DNA of 38,755 nucleotides from Candidatus Caldarchaeales archaeon (GTDB taxonomy: Archaea; Thermoproteota; Nitrososphaeria_A; Caldarchaeales; Wolframiiraptoraceae), in assembly GCA_039630055.1 (NCBI GenBank), contig JBCNVN010000012.1:1-38755 (forward strand), read 5' to 3'. The position numbers and the translations under genes are program-made. How positions within the stretch are numbered: the stretch's first letter is position 1; every line of letters begins with the position of its first letter. Positions 10,220-18,072 of this stretch are shown piece by piece. The notes under the pieces were generated by a model. That model did not search any database and was not told the origin of the DNA. It saw only the letters and a list, made by a program, of their open reading frames with translations.

Positions 10220-10481
10220 GAAGTCTCACAGTGTGATAAGATCTTAAATAGAATATAAACATATTGTAAAGAGGCAACATGAATAGCGAGGTCTAAATCT
10301 ATCCTATGCCTCAACTAATACATTAATAGAGTTTACTTGTGAAGAAATAGAATTCAAAGATCTTCTGAGCATCTAAAACATTTTATAGCCTTAGAGACTT
10401 TTTAAAATCTAAAATATAGAGTAATACTTCTTCAAGAAAAGGGTAAAAATAAATATTGCAGAGTTCTATTGGATATTTGTC

Positions 10482-10712
10482 TTGAGCTATAAGAAGTTTG
10501 AGAGACCGAAGATTGTAGATCATAGGCATTGTAAGATCTGTGCAAGGGCTATACCTCCAGATGAGGAGTTCTGTTCTGATAAGTGTAAACAGGTTTTTGA
10601 AGATTATAGGAAGAAGGAGAAGAGGGGTCGACTACTATTCTACGTCGTTTATGGTATACTCATGGTAGCGCTGCTATTATTATTCGTATTAAGACCTATG
10701 GTATCATCCTAG
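10482..10712 (+). CDS. DUF2116-like Zn-ribbon membrane protein
   Basis: HRHCKICARAIPPDEEFCSDKC plus a C-terminal hydrophobic helix. Confidence 0.85.
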   Translation: MSYKKFERPKIVDHRHCKICARAIPPDEEFCSDKCKQVFEDYRKKEKRGRLLFYVVYGILMVALLLLFVLRPMVSS

Positions 10713-11236
10713 TAAGGCCTATTCTTTAAGCCGAGCAAGTATGCAAGAAAGTTTGTTGAAACATGTAGAATGAATGTAATAATTAACAATGCTGAGAATA
10801 CGTCAGGCCTCATCCAACGGGGTAGACCATATAATAGAGATGCAAGTATTAGTGAGAATATTAGAAATCCAAGCTGATCGAGTATGGGTAGAGACCTACC
10901 TCTTTCTATACCTATCCTCCTCTTAACAAAAGATCCAAAGATATCTCCAACCATAGCTCCAATAGCCAGTATGAGTGGTTCAAGAATACTACGGAAAAGG
11001 TTTAACGTATAGCTAATGATAAGACCTATAGTTGCTCCAGCCGCTATTCCAGCTATCATTCCTTCAATAGTTTTTCCATCTCCTAGAATTCTCCTACCAT
11101 TCCATGCTCTTAAACCCATGTCTAGTGGAGTAGATCTGCCGATAAGTTTCACAGCTACGACCGGAGTAGCATTGGCAAAATATGCTGGGAGAACGTAGAT
11201 TATCGCCTCTAAAAGGTACTCAACGAATCCATCCAA
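10709..11236 (-). CDS. carS: CDP-archaeol synthase
   Basis: PAYFANATP, PLDMG, LGDGKTIEG, GDIFGSFVKRRIG, PILDQL motifs. Confidence 0.95.
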   Translation of the reverse strand: MDGFVEYLLEAIIYVLPAYFANATPVVAVKLIGRSTPLDMGLRAWNGRRILGDGKTIEGMIAGIAAGATIGLIISYTLNLFRSILEPLILAIGAMVGDIFGSFVKRRIGIERGRSLPILDQLGFLIFSLILASLLYGLPRWMRPDVFSALLIITFILHVSTNFLAYLLGLKNRPY

Positions 11237-11401
11237 CCCTTAGATAGGTTGAACATTCTATAATATAGTAATTTGCATTATTCTAGAAGTATGTAGAATA
11301 TAGAAATCAAGATAAAGTTTTTAATAACGTAATCTTATCGGGTCTATCTTCTAGGAGAAGCTTATCTATAAGTATGCTTATATCTTATAGAGGCGAGATT
11401 T

Positions 11402-11836
11402 ATGGTTTACGAGTTAAGAGATTATGAGGTTAGGTTTATCAATAGAGCTAGAGTGATGAGGTTTTCATCTATAACTAAAGAAGGTTATCCACATGTTGTA
11501 CCTCTATGTCATGTATATTCTGATGGATGCATATATGCAGTAACAGACTATGGAACTAAGAAGATTGAGAACATAAAGCATAATGATAGAGTAGCAGTAG
11601 TAATAGATGAATACGGTGAGCCCTGGGGGAAGAATAAAGGAGTAATGATTCAGGGAAAAGCAGAGATACTAGAGAGAGGAGAAGAGTTTAGAAAAGTTGC
11701 CAAAATCTTAACGATGAAGTTCCCATATTATAAGAGAGAACCTTACGGTCCTATAGAAGAAGGTGATGCTCCGATAATTAAAATAATCCCTGAGAAGGCT
11801 GTTAGCTGGGGTCTAAAACCTAGACATAAAAAATAG
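11402..11836 (+). CDS. pyridoxamine 5'-phosphate oxidase-like (split-barrel flavin/F420-binding) protein
   Basis: GYPHVVP, KIENIKHNDRVAVVID, GVMIQGKA, SWG motifs. Confidence 0.88.
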   Translation: MVYELRDYEVRFINRARVMRFSSITKEGYPHVVPLCHVYSDGCIYAVTDYGTKKIENIKHNDRVAVVIDEYGEPWGKNKGVMIQGKAEILERGEEFRKVAKILTMKFPYYKREPYGPIEEGDAPIIKIIPEKAVSWGLKPRHKK

Positions 11837-11931
11837 AGATTCTCACCGTATCTAATCAGATAATATAAGCTAAATAATTTTATTTGATTAGTGGATAAGA
11901 TTTATCCTTATGGAGTCCTAAAATTTTTGAG

Positions 11932-12501
11932 ATGTGGCGTTTATTTAAGAAGAAGAATGAAGTTAAGGTCGTTCAACCATTATCCAAGAGGCTTGAAGAG
12001 GCTGTCGGAAGACTTGAAGTAGTTAAGAGTAGACTTAGCAATAGGGTAAGAGTACTTGAATCTAGAAGCAAGGAGCTTTTTGAAGCTATTGTAAAAGCAC
12101 AAGTGGATCGAGATAATGAGAGAGCGGTAATGTATGCTAATGAACTGGCAGAGTTGAGGAAGATGCTTAGAAAGGCTATCCATAGTGAACTATCGCTTGA
12201 AGGTGTAATCCATAGAATACAGACAGCCAAAGACTTTGATGAGATTGTAGATGTACTAACTCCCTTGAGAGAAGTGTTAATACAGGTAGGTAGAGATATT
12301 AGAGGGGTGGCACCAGAACTATCCGGTAACTTAAATAGCATAATGGATGTATTCGATGAGGTAACGGTAAATCTTGGAACATTCAATGAAATCAGCGGGG
12401 TGAGATCTTCAACTGATGATGAAGCAGAAAAGATATTAGCTGAAGCTAGTGCTATCGCTGCTGAAAGAGCGAAATCTAGGTTGAGCGAAGTCGAGATCTA
12501 G
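11932..12501 (+). CDS. ESCRT-III / Snf7 (CdvB paralog) protein
   Basis: Helical Snf7 core with LFEAIVKA...RAVMYANELAELRK, LEGVIHRIQT and EAEKILAEA, typical of CdvB1/2-like proteins. Confidence 0.88.
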   Translation: MWRLFKKKNEVKVVQPLSKRLEEAVGRLEVVKSRLSNRVRVLESRSKELFEAIVKAQVDRDNERAVMYANELAELRKMLRKAIHSELSLEGVIHRIQTAKDFDEIVDVLTPLREVLIQVGRDIRGVAPELSGNLNSIMDVFDEVTVNLGTFNEISGVRSSTDDEAEKILAEASAIAAERAKSRLSEVEI

Positions 12502-12506
12502 GAAAA

Positions 12507-13160
12507 CTAAACTTCATAGATCTTCTTACGTGCCAATCTATCAACGATCTCCAAGGGTTCAGGATACCGATTTCCCAACAATCTGATTATCTTAGGAACA
12601 TCCTCTAATCTAATCTTGTATCCGGGGCTTACATAGAATTTCTTATCTTCTTTGAACCAGTAACCTAAGACCTCACCATCTAAGTATATTGGACCTGTTA
12701 CACCGGCTCCGCCCTCTCTCCCTACCAGCAGCTTCTTGGCCACACCCAGTACAGGCCTATCCAGTATGAATCCAACTATTACTGCTAGTCCTGCCCTCCT
12801 TGGATGGAGTATGCCATGCCCATCTACTAAGAGAAGATCCCATGTGGAAACAATCTTCTCTACAACTTCTAGTATCGCTGGAGCCTCTCTAATATATAAG
12901 AGACCTGGAATGTATGGATATGTAGGCTTAGAGATTACGTATGATTCTTCAACCACTTCTTTTCCTTCAATATCCCAAACTACTCCCACGGTTACCATCT
13001 GATCATTATCTCCATAAGCTGAGTCAACCGCTAATACTTTCTTCAGCTCAGTTACCTCTAACACACCATATTGAGATAGACTACGTGATATCGCAGATTG
13101 TAGCTTCTCAAAGAATCTGTTAAGGTGTGGAGAAGGCTCCATAAAGATTCTTCTCCACAT
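12507..13160 (-). CDS. nfi: endonuclease V
   Basis: AVDSAY, YIPGLLYIREAP, LVDGHGILHPRRAGLA, GVAKKLL, YVSPG, PEPL. Confidence 0.93.
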   Translation of the reverse strand: MWRRIFMEPSPHLNRFFEKLQSAISRSLSQYGVLEVTELKKVLAVDSAYGDNDQMVTVGVVWDIEGKEVVEESYVISKPTYPYIPGLLYIREAPAILEVVEKIVSTWDLLLVDGHGILHPRRAGLAVIVGFILDRPVLGVAKKLLVGREGGAGVTGPIYLDGEVLGYWFKEDKKFYVSPGYKIRLEDVPKIIRLLGNRYPEPLEIVDRLARKKIYEV

Positions 13161-13255
13161 CTACCCTTATTAGTGAATTAAAAACTTGACTACGGAAAAA
13201 TTATTAGAAGTAGATAGATATTGTTTTTTAGCTGGTTAAATCATGTCTAGATGGA

Positions 13256-14257
13256 TTGTACAAGATAGAGTTCGATAAACTGGATAGATGGATAGCTGAT
13301 AATAAGATTACGAGAGCGTTGGTTCAGGTACCACTAGGCCTACGTCCACTGATTCCTAACCTAGTGAGACATCTAAGATCTCGTAACGTTGAAGCATTTA
13401 TTTCTATTAATAGGTGTTGGGGAGCGTGCGATCTTGCATATTCTGAGGCAAAAACAGTAGCGGCCAATGGAATAATACATGTAGGTCATGCAAAGATGTT
13501 AATGCATGAAGAGATCCCTACCATCTACCTAGAATGCAGAATATCCAATCCAGACCTGTTAATTAGATTAGTTGACAAGATTGCTGAAACTATCGGAGAG
13601 GAGAAGAGAGTAGGTATAGGTATAACGGTCCAATGGCTAGACTTTATAGATTTATTTGCTGAAAAGTTGAAAGAAAGGGAGATCGTTCCCATGATTGGAG
13701 ATAGAGGACCTAGAACACCTTATAGAGGGCTAGTTGTTGGATGTGATTATAGTTGCTTATGGAGTATAATAGATAAGATTGATTGCTCACTAATTGTTGG
13801 GAGCGTTTTCCATGGTCTTGGAGCAGCTGTAACTACTCCTAAACCTGTCTATGTGGTAGATCCAGAATTGGGAAGATTGAGAAGAATGGATTCAGAGGCT
13901 GAGAGTCTTTTAACATGTAGATATGCTTGGATAGAAGTATTCAAGAATGCGAGGAGGATTGGAGTATTGATAAGTACAAAGATTGGGCAGAAGAGAATTG
14001 GGACTGCTCTAAGATTGAAGAAGGTATTAGAAGACCGAGGGAAAGAGGTTGACCTTTTAACGGTAGACGAACTAAGAGAAGAACATCTAGACAATCTACC
14101 TTATGATGGATACGTGAATACTGCATGTCCAAGGCTCTCGATAGAGGATCAGAAGAAGTTTCGGGTCCCCCTACTCCTACCATCCGAGGTATTAATATCC
14201 ATTGGAAAACTTAGATGGGAGAATACAATTTATTCTACCAAGTACTTAATAGTCTAG
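13256..14257 (+). CDS. dph2: diphthamide biosynthesis enzyme Dph2
   Basis: GACDL, HVGH, VGCD, KIGQKR, NTACPRL; the three Fe-S Cys are present. Confidence 0.93.
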   Translation: MYKIEFDKLDRWIADNKITRALVQVPLGLRPLIPNLVRHLRSRNVEAFISINRCWGACDLAYSEAKTVAANGIIHVGHAKMLMHEEIPTIYLECRISNPDLLIRLVDKIAETIGEEKRVGIGITVQWLDFIDLFAEKLKEREIVPMIGDRGPRTPYRGLVVGCDYSCLWSIIDKIDCSLIVGSVFHGLGAAVTTPKPVYVVDPELGRLRRMDSEAESLLTCRYAWIEVFKNARRIGVLISTKIGQKRIGTALRLKKVLEDRGKEVDLLTVDELREEHLDNLPYDGYVNTACPRLSIEDQKKFRVPLLLPSEVLISIGKLRWENTIYSTKYLIV

Positions 14258-14268
14258 CGGAGAAGGAG

Positions 14269-14847
14269 ATGGTATACGTAGAAGATGGAGGATTTGTTAC
14301 TCCAGGTCAGCCAATCTGTGTAGCAGAAGAGTTTTCTCCAGGAGAAAATACGAAAATACTTAAAGATAGTTTAATCATTTCAGTTAAAGCTGGATTCGTT
14401 AATTATGATAAGAATAATAGAATTGTAAATATTAAACCTGTTAAAACTGTTGAAGAGCTTGTTATCCGAGATAGAGTGTTGGTTGAGGTCAGAGAGGTAC
14501 AGGAGAAGATAGCCATCGTAGAGATCATGGCCGCTAATAATAAGCCTTTAAAACATAAGCGGACTGCTATAATACTTCCAAACCCTAAGATGAAGAATGA
14601 GATCGGAGAATACGTAGGTGTAGGAGACCTGGTGCTGGCCGAGGTAGTAACATTACTCGCTGGAGTAATTGGATTGAGTATTTGGAAAGATGGTCTAGGA
14701 GCAGTATTATCCATCTGTAGAAAGTGTGGTGGATTATTAGTAAAGGAAGATAAGATCCTTGTATGTGAAAGATGTAAAAATAAAGAAAAACGTAAAATCG
14801 TACCTCAATACGGTAATCTTACAAGGTTAGGCTATATGGTGAGATGA
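14269..14847 (+). CDS. csl4: exosome RNA-binding protein Csl4
   Basis: VTPGQPICVAEEF, S1-like middle, LGAV...CRKCGG...CERC...EKRK Zn ribbon. ATG 14269 follows AGGAG. Conserved dph2-csl4-rpoL order. Confidence 0.9.
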   Translation: MVYVEDGGFVTPGQPICVAEEFSPGENTKILKDSLIISVKAGFVNYDKNNRIVNIKPVKTVEELVIRDRVLVEVREVQEKIAIVEIMAANNKPLKHKRTAIILPNPKMKNEIGEYVGVGDLVLAEVVTLLAGVIGLSIWKDGLGAVLSICRKCGGLLVKEDKILVCERCKNKEKRKIVPQYGNLTRLGYMVR

Positions 14848-14853
14848 CTGAGA

Positions 14854-15129
14854 ATGGAGTTAAAGATCATAGCTAAGAGAGATGATTTTATAGAGTTGGA
14901 AGTGGTAGGGGAAGATCCTTCTATACTTGATTCACTGGCAGAGATTCTTCAAGGAATAGATGGGGTTGAGTATGCAGGAGCAGTTATAGAGCATCCATTA
15001 ACTATGAAGAATATACTAAGAGTAAAAACAAATATAGAAAAGATAAATGCTAAAGATGCATTGATTAAAGCTGTTGATGAACTATTAAACTTTGTAAATA
15101 TGATTTACGAAAAAATAAACCAGATATAA
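14854..15129 (+). CDS. rpoL: RNA polymerase subunit L (Rpo11)
   Basis: ELEVVGED...GVEYAG...EHPL; size and gene context fit. Confidence 0.9.
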   Translation: MELKIIAKRDDFIELEVVGEDPSILDSLAEILQGIDGVEYAGAVIEHPLTMKNILRVKTNIEKINAKDALIKAVDELLNFVNMIYEKINQI

Positions 15130-15180
15130 TCATGAAAATAAACCGTCAGATTAATTAGCTAGTATATCTAGTATTAGTGA

Positions 15181-15519
15181 ATGGTTGAGAGCATGGAGTT
15201 CTGCCCAAGATGCAACATGGTGATGATACTAAAGAAGAAGTCGGACAATTCTATATTCTTCTGTCCAAAATGTGGATACGAGAAGAAAGTAGAAGAATTA
15301 GTTGTTGTAAACGTGGTTAAGAAGCGTTCCAAGCCAAGCTTAGTGTTAATTGAGGAAGAGGGGGAAAAGGTCTTACCGACTACCACAGATGTCGTATGCC
15401 CCAATTGCGGTAACAAAGAAGCATTCTGGTGGTCTATCCAGACGAGATCGGCGGATGAGCCTATGACACTATTCTTTAGATGTACAAAGTGTAATCACAC
15501 TTGGAGAGAATATGGATGA
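15181..15519 (+). CDS. tfs: transcription factor S
   Basis: Two Zn ribbons with the canonical acidic QTRSADEP hairpin. Confidence 0.96.
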   Translation: MVESMEFCPRCNMVMILKKKSDNSIFFCPKCGYEKKVEELVVVNVVKKRSKPSLVLIEEEGEKVLPTTTDVVCPNCGNKEAFWWSIQTRSADEPMTLFFRCTKCNHTWREYG

Positions 15520-15521
15520 AT

Positions 15522-16271
15522 CTACTCTTGTAGTAGGAAAGATTTTTTACATCCAGGCTTTAGATCGAGTTTTAAAAGTCTCTCTTCACTCCCTAAAACA
15601 GAGAATAATCCAGCTATCTCTACTCCTTTCTCTTCTAATACTCTAACTAACTTATTGAAGAACTCTTCTTCAGGAATTATAGATGAGATCATAAGTACTT
15701 CTTCTTTCTTCTTAACCTTATTGAAGAAGATCCAGTAGGAGTCTGGCCATACGTATCTAGATTTATTTTGAGAGAGGATGAAGAATCCTCCATCATCCAC
15801 CGATAATGGTTCTCTAGAGACTATATAGAAGTGGCGGGATGTAGTAGTAGATAGATAGCTTGTTAGAGGCATACTTAGTAAATCTAGAGACATGAATGAG
15901 GTTATCTTCATCCCTGCAAACTCATTTATAGCATGCGCTCCCATGATCTTAATCATGTTAGGATTAAACATTATACGGGGTAGATCGATCGTACCATCAT
16001 CTCTGATAAATTGAGAAATGAGAGAAGAGAGATTTACGTTAAGAATAAGATCTCTAAGGAGTTTTCGAGCTTTACTACCTTTAGGGGTTGTTCTACCAGT
16101 TAGATATCTAGTAAGAGTGGAGACGGGTATTCCAGTTAAACTTGAAAGCTTTCTATAATTGTAATTAGCTTTAAGAACTTTGAGTAGATCTACAGAAATA
16201 TTACTAATTACATCATTAAATTGAAATATATTCTTTTCAGAAGATTTAGGATTAACCATGACTGATAACAA
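15522..16271 (-). CDS. XRE-type HTH + phosphoribosyltransferase-like domain regulator (PurR-like)
   Basis: YRKLSSLTGIPVSTLTRYLTG...P HTH followed by a PRT-like fold with a degenerate PRPP loop. Confidence 0.7.
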   Translation of the reverse strand: MLSVMVNPKSSEKNIFQFNDVISNISVDLLKVLKANYNYRKLSSLTGIPVSTLTRYLTGRTTPKGSKARKLLRDLILNVNLSSLISQFIRDDGTIDLPRIMFNPNMIKIMGAHAINEFAGMKITSFMSLDLLSMPLTSYLSTTTSRHFYIVSREPLSVDDGGFFILSQNKSRYVWPDSYWIFFNKVKKKEEVLMISSIIPEEEFFNKLVRVLEEKGVEIAGLFSVLGSEERLLKLDLKPGCKKSFLLQE

Positions 16272-16477
16272 AATATAGTTCGTTCACTAAATAAACATTA
16301 CATCTCGAAGACTTCCAAAATCATACCGAGAATATTATCGAGAAATTTATTTAAAGTAACATTAAAAATGGATCAAAAAAGTTTAAAGACATTAATTAAA
16401 AAACTATTTGGTCAGAGTGAAAATATATTGAAACCATGTACTATGATAAAAATAAATACATTCATAAATATTATATG

Positions 16478-16574
16478 TGGGCCCGGGGGGACTTGAACCC
16501 CCGACCTCCGGCTTTCTCCAAATCTTTCCGTGATACCGAAGGCCGACGCCATATCCATTCTAGGCCACGGGCCC
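16478..16574 (-). tRNA. tRNA-Arg(TCG) with 22-nt intron at 37/38 (16514-16535)
   Basis: Acceptor stem GGGCCCG/CGGGCCC; T arm GGGGG-TTCAAGT-CCCCC; anticodon stem TCGGC/GCCGG; loop CT-TCG-G|intron|A. Mature length 75 nt, CCA not encoded. Confidence 0.95.
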
Positions 16575-16668
16575 ATCATGGATATTTTGTTCAACTGCTT
16601 AATATCGGTTGCTTGTAGTTTTTAAAAATTAAAATATTTCTAGTATATATTAATGAGAAAGGTAAATA

Positions 16669-17484
16669 GTGATGTCTTTAGCCGATGATCTGAGACTTAA
16701 TTTTGATGAGGTTACTGATAAGATACTCACATTTATTCAAGATGTTGTTCGTGGGAGAGACGTTATAATAGGGTTGAGCGGTGGGCTGGATAGTAGTGTG
16801 GTTGCAGCTCTTCTTGTCAAAGCTCTGAATGCGGAGAAAGTTCACGGATTGATTATGCCTACTTATTTTACTCCAAGTGAAGATGTTGAAGATGCTAAAT
16901 GGTTAGCAGAACATCTTAAAATAGACTATAAGCTTATAAGAATAGATAACATAGTGAATAGTTATGCAGAATCGATAGGATTGGACTTGGAAGACCCTAG
17001 ATACAAGATGCCTTTCGGAAATCTTAGAGCAAGGGTTAGGATGACCTTACTATATTTCTATGCCAATATGATTAATGGGCTGGTAGCTGGAACAGGAGAT
17101 AAAAGTGAGATCTTAATCGGATATTATACTAAGTATGGAGATGGAGGGGTAGATTTCTTACCGATCGCACATCTATATAAAACCCAACTACGTGAGCTTG
17201 GAGCATATCTTGGCTTGCCTAAACGGATATATTCTAAACCTTCAGCTCCTAGACTGTACCCAGGACATGTAGCGACAGATGAACTTCCAGTAGATTACAG
17301 CAAGCTCGATCTACTCCTCTATAATATCTTTGATAGAGGTCTAGGAATAGTAGAAGCATCTGAAAAAGCTGGGCTACCTATAGATATAGCCAAATGGGTT
17401 TGTAAAGCATTTCATTCAAATGAGCATAAGAGGAAGATGCCTCCATCACTATTAGAGATTAAACATGTTCCCCCGTTAATTTAG
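16669..17484 (+). CDS. nadE: NH3-dependent NAD+ synthetase
   Basis: GLSGGLDSS, GNLRARVRM, GYYTKYGDG, KPSAPRL, EHKR. Confidence 0.96.
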   Translation: MMSLADDLRLNFDEVTDKILTFIQDVVRGRDVIIGLSGGLDSSVVAALLVKALNAEKVHGLIMPTYFTPSEDVEDAKWLAEHLKIDYKLIRIDNIVNSYAESIGLDLEDPRYKMPFGNLRARVRMTLLYFYANMINGLVAGTGDKSEILIGYYTKYGDGGVDFLPIAHLYKTQLRELGAYLGLPKRIYSKPSAPRLYPGHVATDELPVDYSKLDLLLYNIFDRGLGIVEASEKAGLPIDIAKWVCKAFHSNEHKRKMPPSLLEIKHVPPLI

Positions 17485-17494
17485 ATAGAGTACT

Positions 17495-18001
17495 TTAGAG
17501 GGCTAGATCACTTTTTACATTATTCTTTAAAGTCTTCAATTCTATAATCGTTTGATAATCTTTCTCAGATACTCTTATTACGCTACCTCTAAACGGAGCT
17601 CTCTGACTCCTCCTACCACTTAAGATCGATATCTTATTCATTAATTTTTCAAGGGGTATAGACTTGTCCCATATTTCTGCTTCGGAAAAGTCAACAGCGT
17701 AATCGAAGGCCTCTGATGGGATGCCGAGTACGTGAAAACGTTGCTCAGGGGTTATCGGATGAGGCTCTGTACTCACTACACCTCTACCCATGAAGCCCTT
17801 CTCATCTCTACTCGTGACATAAAATATCACGAGATCTCCCGGCTTAATTTTTTTAACGTTACGGCTACGAGAATTGAGAGACCAGAACTTGTTTTTAACC
17901 CTATCGATTAAGACTTCTTTTGCAGGTATGATCCTACCCATGTGTACATGATCTTTAACTAAGAATATCCAGTATGATACCATAATTCTAAAGAATAACA
18001 T
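17495..18001 (-). CDS. EVE (PUA-like) domain protein
   Basis: YWIF...W...VKKIKPGDLVIFY...FMGRGVV...SEKDYQTI pattern. The true start may be ATG 17983. Confidence 0.82.
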   Translation of the reverse strand: MLFFRIMVSYWIFLVKDHVHMGRIIPAKEVLIDRVKNKFWSLNSRSRNVKKIKPGDLVIFYVTSRDEKGFMGRGVVSTEPHPITPEQRFHVLGIPSEAFDYAVDFSEAEIWDKSIPLEKLMNKISILSGRRSQRAPFRGSVIRVSEKDYQTIIELKTLKNNVKSDLAL

Positions 18002-18072
18002 AGTTGTCTATAAACGTTACTTTGGGATGGATTCGAATCATCATCTCTCTTAGATAAAGAATCGCTCAAAAA

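Noticed and set aside
10271-10322. GAGGCA...TGCCTC hairpin as an H/ACA RNA
   Set aside because: No clear K-turn, and ACA is not positioned next to the stem.
16272-16574. tRNA as an integration site
   Set aside because: No integrase and no duplicated tRNA 3' end seen in the window.
16412-16618. Two 60-aa ORFs over the tRNA
   Set aside because: They are artefacts of the GC-rich tRNA-Arg gene.
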